Below are positions 26,731 through 34,782 of a DNA stretch of 64,000 bases, in pieces (the first letter of the stretch is position 1; each line of letters begins with the position of its first letter). Origin of the DNA: Hyphomicrobiales bacterium (GTDB lineage Bacteria > Pseudomonadota > Alphaproteobacteria > Rhizobiales > OSC116); contig JABSRZ010000006.1 in the NCBI GenBank assembly GCA_013214705.1, forward strand, positions 391-64,390. Direction: 5' to 3'. The translations under genes were made by a program, and so were the position numbers. The notes beneath the pieces are model-generated. The model saw only the letters and a program-made list of their open reading frames with translations. It did no database searches and was not told the origin of the DNA.

Positions 26731-26818
26731 TCCTACCCCTGCGCCCGAGCGAAGCGACAAAGTGCCCTTGGGGTGCGCCCGAGCGAAGCGACAAAGTGCC
26801 CTTGGGGTGCAACCAAAA
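26731..26818. repeat. Distal att-like copy with internal tandem duplication
   Basis: TCCTACCCCT, then GCGCCCGAGCGAAGCGACAAAGTGCCCTTGGGGT twice in perfect tandem (26741-26774, 26775-26808), then GCAACCAAA. Matches 102-155. Confidence 0.75.
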
Positions 26819-26864
26819 CAATCCAACGTCACATTATGTCTTAATTACATTGTGGCGCTTTCTT

Positions 26865-27140
26865 ATGGACCGACCCTCTTTTATCGATCCCATGCAGAAT
26901 GGTTTTGTAGAGAGGTTTAACGGTAAGTTAGGTGATGAATGTCTCAAAGAGAGGTTGTTTGAAGACCTTCATTATATCCGTGGGATATTAGCGGATTGGC
27001 AACAGGATTACAATTTAGTTAGGCCTCATTCATCATTAAACGGCTTAAGCCCATACATTGCATTAAACACAGAAAGAAATAAAGACATTGCAAATCATGA
27101 AAAACTGAACAAAAATATTAACCTAAGACTCTGTGCGTAA
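26865..27140 (+). pseudogene. IS3-family transposase (OrfB) C-terminal fragment
   Basis: ..PMQNGFVERFNGKLGDECLKERLFEDLHYIRGILADWQQDYNLVRPHSSLNGLSPY.. is the conserved rve C-terminal region. There is no upstream catalytic core, and the 5' part of the ORF is att-repeat sequence. Confidence 0.75.
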
Positions 27141-27205
27141 ATGGATTTACAATAGGGGCAAGGTCAACTCGATAATGCCTAAACTATGAATCAAAGGGAC
27201 ACATC

Positions 27206-28345
27206 ATGATTTCTTCTCTGTCAGATCGTGCGCATTATAACAGCCTCGCGGACGCGATCTACCTTAATCAGGCATCACTTGGGCTGACGGGCCAGCCTGC
27301 CGTCTCAGCAATGCATGCTTACCTCGATGATATTGGCCGACATGGGAATATGAATTTGACCGATGCGCAAGAGGTTGGCTTGTTCACCCCGCTTCGCAAA
27401 AATGCGGCAGCTCTGATGAATTGTCCGCCAGAACAGCTGGCCATTATGTCCAGTGCCGGCGAAATGCTCAGCCAATTGCCGTATCTGTTCAACGTGCCTG
27501 CCGGTGGTAAATTTCTGTCGGTTTCCACTGATTTTCCGGCGATAACCCGGCCATGGATCGGCTATGCTGAAACCCATGACATCGCGTTGCAATTTGTAGA
27601 TGAGAAGGCCGATATTGACCTAACCGATGCGCTTATCGATGCGATAGACGAAAGCACGTCTGTTGTTGCCGTCAGTTATGTACAGTTTTCGACCGGAACC
27701 CGTTGCGATGTCTATCGCCTGCGCGCAGCCACTCGTAAAGTGGGTGCATATTTGGTGGTTGATGTAACACAGGCCGCAGGCGCGGTGCCGATTGATGCCA
27801 AAGGCTGGGAGGCCGATATTGTGGTCTGCAGTGGCTATAAGTGGCTGGGCGGACAAGGCGGAGTTGGGCTTGCGGTTGTAGCGCCCGCGTTAATAAAACA
27901 AACACCGCCGGCACCGGGATGGATGGGCGCACCAGATCCGTTTGATATGCAGGCGACCAAATTGCCGTTGGCGGATGATGCGCGGCGGTTTACCCAATCC
28001 ACCATGTCCTATATATCAATGGCTGGTCTCACGGTTGCCCTTGGCGAATTGCTGAGCATGGGCGCGGTGAATATAGAAGCCCATGCACAATCTTTGGCAA
28101 AGTTATTGGATGAAGAATTGAAAAATACAGGTTGGACGCCGTTTCGCTCAATTGATGACAAGGCCGCTTCGGCGCATATTATCACCCTTGGTAACCCGAC
28201 GGGTAACGTCGAGAACACCCTTATGACAATGCGCAATGCAAATATTGTCTGTGGCAGCCGCAATCGCCGTATTCGGGTTTCAATTGCGCATTTTAATGAC
28301 GAAACTGACATTCAAGCACTGGTTAAAATACTTCAACAAGCCTGA
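27206..28345 (+). CDS. Class-V aminotransferase-fold PLP enzyme (cysteine desulfurase / epimerase-like)
   Basis: PLP-lysine context VCSGYKWLGGQGGVGLAVV and general class-V pattern. GC-rich relative to the flanks. Confidence 0.8.
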   Translation: MISSLSDRAHYNSLADAIYLNQASLGLTGQPAVSAMHAYLDDIGRHGNMNLTDAQEVGLFTPLRKNAAALMNCPPEQLAIMSSAGEMLSQLPYLFNVPAGGKFLSVSTDFPAITRPWIGYAETHDIALQFVDEKADIDLTDALIDAIDESTSVVAVSYVQFSTGTRCDVYRLRAATRKVGAYLVVDVTQAAGAVPIDAKGWEADIVVCSGYKWLGGQGGVGLAVVAPALIKQTPPAPGWMGAPDPFDMQATKLPLADDARRFTQSTMSYISMAGLTVALGELLSMGAVNIEAHAQSLAKLLDEELKNTGWTPFRSIDDKAASAHIITLGNPTGNVENTLMTMRNANIVCGSRNRRIRVSIAHFNDETDIQALVKILQQA

Positions 28346-28440
28346 TTATAGTAAAACGTTTTGGTTTAATCTGACGCCGTGGATCAATGTTTCAATCGCC
28401 AATATATCAAACGACAAGCGATAACAGAAAAGGAAAGACA

Positions 28441-28914
28441 ATGGCTGGACTTATTCTACTTGCGGTGGTGACACTGCTCTATGCCGGATATAATCTGTTC
28501 ATCAAACTCTCTGGCGGGCACGTGCCTGTCGAGGCAACAACAACAATTTTAGCCACCATCGGCATTCAACTTGCCGCCTTGTTCACCTCCGGTGTGTTCC
28601 TAAGCTATCTGCTGTTAAGAGGCGGACAGGTTTTCTCGCTCTCAAATGCAACTTATTTTTGGGCTGCTGTGGCCGGGGTCTGTATTGGTGGCGCCGAAAT
28701 CGGCTACATGTATTTGTTCGGGGGGATTGGCCAGTCAAAGCCGATGGATGCAAGCCTCGCCATTCCGACAATCGTCAGTGGGACTATTGTGATTGCCATG
28801 TTGTTTTCCTACTTTGTGCTCAAAGAGACAATCGCCTGGAACCAATTGGTTGGCAGTCTGTTGATAGTGGGTGGCATCATCATGTTTTTCGTTAAGGGAC
28901 AGGTGTCGGTGTGA
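28441..28914 (+). CDS. Single-EamA-domain (DMT superfamily) small membrane transporter
   Basis: Five hydrophobic helices, 157 aa from the ATG at 28441. The ORF-track start 28387 is less likely. Confidence 0.6.
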   Translation: MAGLILLAVVTLLYAGYNLFIKLSGGHVPVEATTTILATIGIQLAALFTSGVFLSYLLLRGGQVFSLSNATYFWAAVAGVCIGGAEIGYMYLFGGIGQSKPMDASLAIPTIVSGTIVIAMLFSYFVLKETIAWNQLVGSLLIVGGIIMFFVKGQVSV

Positions 28915-29088
28915 GGTGGCTTTTGTTGGTTTAGGCAACGGAATGTTTGAAGGATGCTGCACAAAACATAACCTATGTTGAAATTTCAAATATATCTCTT
29001 GCGTTTCGCAAAAAATGGGTGGTAAAATATGTTATATCTACTTTAAATGGTATTTTCAAAGCAGAAAACCGCAAATTAGCTAGAGTAA

Positions 29089-29385
29089 ATGGCGCGATAC
29101 CCACCTTTCAAGGGCCATAATATACCAGCCAATATGGGAAACCAAAACATGAATAAATATATTCGCAATAGAAATAAGCAACCATTATTTAATGGTGGAA
29201 ATTACGAGATTCATAATGCAGATAATGGGGCATGTAGCCATTTGCCAGATATTTCTAGCTGTTTGGACATTGGTCATTTTGAGAATTGCAATGACGCAAT
29301 AAAGCAAGCTAGAATATTGTGGCCAGATATTGCGGGTGACATAGACGGGTGTTATTATTGTTGCGAAGCCTGCCACACCGAATAA
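29089..29385 (+). CDS. Small Cys/His-rich hypothetical protein (start uncertain: 29089, 29134 or 29149)
   Basis: C-terminal half carries 7 Cys plus His residues (GACSHLP .. SSCLDIGHFENCNDA .. DGCYYCCEACHTE), suggesting metal binding. AT-rich. Confidence 0.4.
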   Translation: MARYPPFKGHNIPANMGNQNMNKYIRNRNKQPLFNGGNYEIHNADNGACSHLPDISSCLDIGHFENCNDAIKQARILWPDIAGDIDGCYYCCEACHTE

Positions 29386-29419
29386 GTGGTGTTTCAGGCC
29401 ACAGCTTCAGGCCACAGCT

Positions 29420-31990
29420 TCAGGCTACCGTTTCGATGATTTTTACAATCCCGTTGGTGCCGTCAACTTCTAACAAGTCACCATCCTTAATGATTTTTGT
29501 AACGCCGGGCAGGCCGCTAACGCAAGGGAGGCCATATTCACGCGCGATGATGGCACCATGTTGTAGGCCGCCGCCAACTTCGAGCACTACGGCCGAGGCG
29601 TTGACAAATATGGGTGTCCATGACGGTTCGGTTGCCACGGTGACCAGAATTTCGCCGGGCTCTAATTGTTTTTCGTAAGGAGACAACAGGACTTTAGCCC
29701 GGCCAGTATATGTGCCATTTGACACTGCCATACCCGCCAAGTCACCTTCGCCAGCAACCAGTTGTTTGCGGAAAATCTTGCCCCGGCTATCGAAAAAGCT
29801 TGGAAAATATTTTACATTCGCATAGATTTGTTGCGGCTTTATGTTGGCCTTAACTAAGGGCAATAGGGCAATCTTTTCGTCTTTTTGAGCTTTGGATATT
29901 TGTTCAATGGTCAGGTCGAATATCTGATTAGAGTTTTCAAGACGTCCTTGATTTACGAAAAAATCGCCTATTTCTAGTGCAACTTTACGTAGGCAACCAT
30001 TCATAACCACGACAAGGTATTTGGGTGTTTCGCGATGGCCATAAGTAAGTTCAATGGTTCGGACATATTTATTGAATTTTTTTAATTTGCCTTGGCTGCG
30101 GGCAATGGCGCGCATTTTTTCGAGCGATTTTTGTTTGCGCACTGCAACATTTAAAATTTGGTTATCATCGACATTAAAAGCTTTGAGTTGAATGAAAAAT
30201 TCGTCTAGGCGCTCCATAACAACGGGCGAGGCCACATCTATTTCTTTAAAACCACGGTCGCCATATTTATAGATATATTCGTCGAATGCGGCCACAAATT
30301 CTGGCGAATAAGTCTTGTTGACAATGCGGTCCTCGAAGGTTTTTGCATCTGGTGTTTCGCGAATTTCGGGCATGCTGGCTAGTGCTAACATGGCGTGCCC
30401 CATGGCGCTAGATGGGTTTGAAGGGATGTCCATTAAAACCGAGGATGTGAGCGGTTCTCCCTCGGTGCCGCGCATCATACGTTTTAAGCGCCATTCGGTG
30501 AGCAGACCAGAAAAGAAACAAACCATATTGGGCATCTCTTTAGCAAAGTCTACAAACGCCTGATCGACAATCTCATCGAACGGTTTATCATTTTTTATGG
30601 TTCTGAATGTTTCGATTAAATGTGCCGCCGCAGTCTCAGTTTTTTTGGCAGATTTTTCTGGGTTGAATATGGAGCTAATCATGCTTGGCCCCAATTTGCC
30701 GATGATAGAGAATTGTGCGCGCCGACCTTGTTTCATCAGTGGTGTCATTTCCTGACCTATATACTCCTTGAATATTTTATCTTCACGGCCTTCAAATGCG
30801 TTGTCCATACTAGAGACAAATTGGAGCGCTCTCTTGCCTAAACCTTTAAACATATTGTGCAATTGAAAATATTGGCGGCCATGGAGGCCGTGAACATAGC
30901 CGTCTTGCCCAATTGGGATAGTCCCTTGTTTTAATTCACCTAAAACAATATTCCATACGTCGCCGCCGAGAATAGACAGATTTTCGCCAAACCCTTGTGA
31001 CAATGGTATGATGTCCATATAGAGTTTTTTGCGCTCGCCAGGTTTGGTCATAACCTCTTTGTGCAGTGGGAAATAGGTGGTAATTGGCCGTGCTTGCAAC
31101 AGGTGCAATTTACCGTTTTCATATGCCCATTCTATATCGACCGGGAAACCATAATGGCTTTCGGTGGCTTTAATGAGCGTGGTGAGTTCCAATATTTGGG
31201 TTTGTGACAGCGCTTGAGCTTTTGGGTCGGTCGGTGCTTGTTCGGATATGCCGCCATCTGGGTTTAGGTGCATGGCAATGGCTTTATCTGACACGCGCTT
31301 TTCTAATATCTGCATGCTGACTTTATCGACAATATAATTATCTGGCGTGACAATGCCGGACACGATGGCTTCACCGAGGCCAAAGCTTGCATCAATCACT
31401 GCTTCATCAAAGCAATTATTCAACGGGTTGAGGGAAAACGCCACGCCGCTTACATCGCTGGCAATTTGAACTTGCACAATGACGCTGATGCTGGCATTTT
31501 GTAGCGCAAGGCCATGCTGTGCCTTATATTGCATAACCCGGATGTCGAACATTGAGCTGAAAGCATTGGCAATGGCGGTTTCGAGAGCCGCTCTGGTTGT
31601 GCCAAGGAAAGTTTCATACATGCCGGCAAAGCTTGTGCCTGAAAGGTCTTCTTCGGGCGAAGAAGAGCGAACGGCATAGGTGCTTGTACCGCCCAAATTA
31701 TCGAGATTTGTGTTTAGGGTGATGCGTTGATCATCTGTAAACTGCATTTTTGTGGCGAGTTGTTTGACTTTATCGCAATTGGCTTTTGTGGGCGCTGCTA
31801 ACAGTTCTGCCCATTGCGGCGTTTGTTTTACCTGCGCTGTCCACGGTTCGAAAAAGGCCACGCTCAGCGCAAAACCGGCAGGCACAGGTAACCCGGCTTT
31901 GGTGGTGCTGATAAGGCTAAGCGCTTTGCCACCGACCTCAAAAAGTGCCGGTGTTGCGGGGGTATCAAACGCGTATATGAGCTTTGTCAT
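29420..31990 (-). CDS. PEP-utilising enzyme with rifampicin-phosphotransferase-like architecture
   Basis: N-terminal GGKALSLISTTKAGLPVPAGFALS (PPDK_N type). C-terminal GEILVTVATEPSWTPIF .. GGGLQHGAIIAREYGLPCVSG (phospho-His domain). 856 aa; no PEP/pyruvate TIM-barrel domain recognisable. Confidence 0.8.
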   Translation of the reverse strand: MTKLIYAFDTPATPALFEVGGKALSLISTTKAGLPVPAGFALSVAFFEPWTAQVKQTPQWAELLAAPTKANCDKVKQLATKMQFTDDQRITLNTNLDNLGGTSTYAVRSSSPEEDLSGTSFAGMYETFLGTTRAALETAIANAFSSMFDIRVMQYKAQHGLALQNASISVIVQVQIASDVSGVAFSLNPLNNCFDEAVIDASFGLGEAIVSGIVTPDNYIVDKVSMQILEKRVSDKAIAMHLNPDGGISEQAPTDPKAQALSQTQILELTTLIKATESHYGFPVDIEWAYENGKLHLLQARPITTYFPLHKEVMTKPGERKKLYMDIIPLSQGFGENLSILGGDVWNIVLGELKQGTIPIGQDGYVHGLHGRQYFQLHNMFKGLGKRALQFVSSMDNAFEGREDKIFKEYIGQEMTPLMKQGRRAQFSIIGKLGPSMISSIFNPEKSAKKTETAAAHLIETFRTIKNDKPFDEIVDQAFVDFAKEMPNMVCFFSGLLTEWRLKRMMRGTEGEPLTSSVLMDIPSNPSSAMGHAMLALASMPEIRETPDAKTFEDRIVNKTYSPEFVAAFDEYIYKYGDRGFKEIDVASPVVMERLDEFFIQLKAFNVDDNQILNVAVRKQKSLEKMRAIARSQGKLKKFNKYVRTIELTYGHRETPKYLVVVMNGCLRKVALEIGDFFVNQGRLENSNQIFDLTIEQISKAQKDEKIALLPLVKANIKPQQIYANVKYFPSFFDSRGKIFRKQLVAGEGDLAGMAVSNGTYTGRAKVLLSPYEKQLEPGEILVTVATEPSWTPIFVNASAVVLEVGGGLQHGAIIAREYGLPCVSGLPGVTKIIKDGDLLEVDGTNGIVKIIETVA

Positions 31991-32035
31991 GTTTTACCTT
32001 TTAGGTTCGGCCATTATTAGACTTATATAAGTCAC

Positions 32036-32713
32036 TTACGAGGGTGAATTGGATGTTGGAGGATTTGCCGCGAAGCCGTTAATCAGCATGTCGGCATATA
32101 TTTTTGCCGCTTGATTAATGTCCAGCCCTGAGGCGATGGATTTTTCGAGTGCGGCGGGCATGGTGTAGATTAACCCGAGCAGAGCGGCGCTGCGGTGTTT
32201 GATATCTTGCTGCCTATTGTCGCCGGCCGCCACAAAGGGTTCTAACAGATATTCAAACGCTTCGGCACGGTGTTCGGTTATTAGGGTGGTAATGTCTGGG
32301 CTAAGTTCGGCCAAAACGGGCTCGAATTCATTGCCCGGCAGGGTAAATTGAGTTGTCAACGGCATGTGAGAGAAAGCGCGGGCAGTCTCGTATAGATAGC
32401 GCCAAAGGCGCTGGCGCGGGTCTGGTTCGTCCATAACGTCGAGGAAAGTTGCCACCAATGGGGCTTTTTCGGCTGCCACCGCATAGAGCAACAGCTCGGG
32501 CTTGGAGGCGAAGTATAAATAGACCGTACCCTTGGCCACATTGGCGTCGCGCGCCACTTCGTCAATGCTGGTTTTGCGATAACCAAAGCGCAAAAACAGC
32601 TTTGTGGCAGCCGCGATGATTTTGCGCCGTTTACGCTCTTTTGCGTCTACGGCGTCATCGGCAATGCGAAATTTTTGTATCAGCGCCTCTGCGGCTTCTC
32701 TTGTCCAAGTCAT
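32036..32713 (-). CDS. TetR-family transcriptional regulator
   Basis: N-terminal HTH AATKLFLRFGYRKTSIDEVARDANVAKGTVYLYF. Lies 45 nt upstream of the PEP-utilising enzyme gene on the same strand. Confidence 0.85.
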   Translation of the reverse strand: MTWTREAAEALIQKFRIADDAVDAKERKRRKIIAAATKLFLRFGYRKTSIDEVARDANVAKGTVYLYFASKPELLLYAVAAEKAPLVATFLDVMDEPDPRQRLWRYLYETARAFSHMPLTTQFTLPGNEFEPVLAELSPDITTLITEHRAEAFEYLLEPFVAAGDNRQQDIKHRSAALLGLIYTMPAALEKSIASGLDINQAAKIYADMLINGFAANPPTSNSPS

Positions 32714-32730
32714 AATGACTATTTAGGTGC

Positions 32731-32761
32731 ATTCAGTCATTTAGTCAAGTGGTGACTGAAT
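32731..32761. promoter_or_regulatory. Perfect 9-bp inverted repeat upstream of tetR (candidate TetR operator)
   Basis: ATTCAGTCA-N13-TGACTGAAT at 32731-32761, 18 nt upstream of the tetR ATG. A nested TGACTA/TAGTCA pair lies at 32716-32721 and 32742-32747. Confidence 0.4.
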
Positions 32762-32786
32762 ATGATTTTGGGTTTGGCGTTTTGGC

Positions 32787-33842
32787 TTAGGCGCGTAGTC
32801 TTAATTCAGTTTTGACATCAAACAGATAAACATTTTCGGCATTGAATTTAATGCCGATTTTGTCGCCGCGTTTGATATCAGTGCCGCTTGGGGCTTCGAT
32901 AATTAACCGCTCATTGGTTTTGGTATAGCTGTAAATATAGCTTACACCGCCGAGTTGTTCGACAATATCTACCGTCAGATCATCGCCGCTGGTGTCAATT
33001 TCGATATGCTCGGGGCGCAGGCCAATATAGACTTCACCACTATGATCTTTCGGCGCATTTAACCCAAGTTCTTTCAGTGTGTCACTTTTTATCATGCCAT
33101 TGGCGCTTTGGCCTTTGATGAAATTCATCGATGGTGAGCCAATAAACCCGGCGACAAATTTATTGTCAGGGTTTTTATATAGCTCCATCGGTGCACCGAC
33201 TTGTTCAATTATGCCGGCGCGCAGCACAACAATTTTGTCGGCTAGTGTCATGGCTTCGACTTGGTCATGGGTTACATAAATCATCGTCGCGCCAATTTCT
33301 TGGTGCAGACGGGCAATTTCTACCCGCATGTCAACCCGCAACTCGGCATCTAAGTTAGACAATGGTTCATCGAACAGAAACACTTCTGGCCCGCGAACCA
33401 AAGCCCGGCCAATGGCCACACGTTGGCGCTGGCCACCAGAGAGTGCCTTGGGTTTGCGGTCCATATAGTCACCAAGCTGCAATATTTTGGCAACTTCATC
33501 TACTTTGGCTTTAACTTCGGCCTTGGGCAGGCCGCCCATTTTTAGCCCAAAACCCATATTGGCTTCTACCGTCATATGAGGATATAGAGCGTAAGTTTGA
33601 AACACCATGGCAATGCCACGGTCGGCGGCATCGACATTGGTGACATCGCGGTCACCAATTTTTATTTGGCCTGACGTGGTTTCTTCCAGCCCGGCTATCA
33701 TCCGCAGCAAAGTGGATTTGCCGCAGCCTGAAGGGCCAACAAAAACACAAAATTCACCGGGTTCGACTTTTAAATCGACACCATGGATCACTTGAATTTG
33801 GCCATATTTTTTGACCGCTTTATTGAGCGTAACACCTGACAT
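32787..33842 (-). CDS. Sugar ABC transporter ATPase (MalK/UgpC-like)
   Basis: Walker A GPSGCGKST, signature LSGGQRQR, Walker B FLFDEPLSNLD, C-terminal MalK-type regulatory domain. ATG at 33842 is preceded by AGGAGGA and overlaps the IclR stop (TAATG). Confidence 0.9.
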   Translation of the reverse strand: MSGVTLNKAVKKYGQIQVIHGVDLKVEPGEFCVFVGPSGCGKSTLLRMIAGLEETTSGQIKIGDRDVTNVDAADRGIAMVFQTYALYPHMTVEANMGFGLKMGGLPKAEVKAKVDEVAKILQLGDYMDRKPKALSGGQRQRVAIGRALVRGPEVFLFDEPLSNLDAELRVDMRVEIARLHQEIGATMIYVTHDQVEAMTLADKIVVLRAGIIEQVGAPMELYKNPDNKFVAGFIGSPSMNFIKGQSANGMIKSDTLKELGLNAPKDHSGEVYIGLRPEHIEIDTSGDDLTVDIVEQLGGVSYIYSYTKTNERLIIEAPSGTDIKRGDKIGIKFNAENVYLFDVKTELRLRA

Positions 33843-34708
33843 TATATATTTCCTCCTGTATCTGGGAACATCCACTGGAAAGCGGCTTCACCGATTTTAT
33901 CGGCTGTTGATTTGAGATCGTCGCTATAGTTTTGAAGGTTTTCTAAACTTACACGATTTGTAGAACTGGTGATGGATATACCGCCAATGACCCGCCCAGA
34001 GGGGGTTAAGATTGGCGATGCGATGCAGATGATATTTGGCTCATGTTCTTCGCGATCAAATGATATGCGGGTTTTGCGAATTTGTTGAAGTTCGGCTTCA
34101 AGCTGCTCTGCAGAGGTGATGCTATGGTCGGTATATTTGAAAAAGCTCTGCTGGGCGATTAAATTATTGCGAGCGTCAGCTTCTAAAAATGCCATCATGG
34201 CCTTGCCGACGCCGGTGCAATAGGCCGGGCCAACTTTACCGGCGTCAGAGAACATGGAAACCGGGCGTATGGCATTTCGCTTGTCTAAATATAGCACTTG
34301 TGCGCCATCAAGCTGGGCAAGATGAATGGTTTCGCCAGTTTTTTTGGACAATTGATCTAAAAAAGGCGCGGCCACTGGTGCCAATGAGGCTTGTTTCCAC
34401 GCCGAATGTGCCAAGCGCATTAACCGCACGCCCAAACTATAATGGCCAGTGTCGGGATTTAGGGCCAGCATGCGCTGATTGGTGAGGGTTTGCAAAAATC
34501 GATATGTGGTGGGTTTGGGGTAGGGGCTGCGGTGCATAATTTGCACGAAGCGAACTGGCTTGCCGAAATCCTCAACAATATCCAAAATGTTAAGAGCTTT
34601 GCCTACCGTGCCATCGGCATGGCGAGTTATTTGGCTAATGTTTACAGGATCGGACAAGTTATGCGTCGCTTTCATTTCATTTTGTGATTGACTTGTAGCA
34701 TTAATCAT
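33842..34708 (-). CDS. IclR-family transcriptional regulator
   Basis: N-terminal wHTH (ALNILDIVEDFGKPVRFVQIMHRSPYPKPTTYRFLQTL) plus IclR effector domain. Divergent from the sugar ABC operon. Confidence 0.85.
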   Translation of the reverse strand: MINATSQSQNEMKATHNLSDPVNISQITRHADGTVGKALNILDIVEDFGKPVRFVQIMHRSPYPKPTTYRFLQTLTNQRMLALNPDTGHYSLGVRLMRLAHSAWKQASLAPVAAPFLDQLSKKTGETIHLAQLDGAQVLYLDKRNAIRPVSMFSDAGKVGPAYCTGVGKAMMAFLEADARNNLIAQQSFFKYTDHSITSAEQLEAELQQIRKTRISFDREEHEPNIICIASPILTPSGRVIGGISITSSTNRVSLENLQNYSDDLKSTADKIGEAAFQWMFPDTGGNI

Positions 34709-34782
34709 GGCTAAGTATCAATACTTAATATCAAGTTTCAACTATTGAGACAATTAAGTCAACTAAAAAGGGAAAATTATTC

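Noticed and set aside
34713-34726. Palindrome AAGTAT-CA-ATACTT in the IclR/SBP divergent promoter, and ACCATT-T-AATGGT at 11266-11278, considered as operator features.
   Set aside because: The sequences are real, but short AT-rich palindromes are common in these spacers. I mention them in findings where relevant but do not list them as features.
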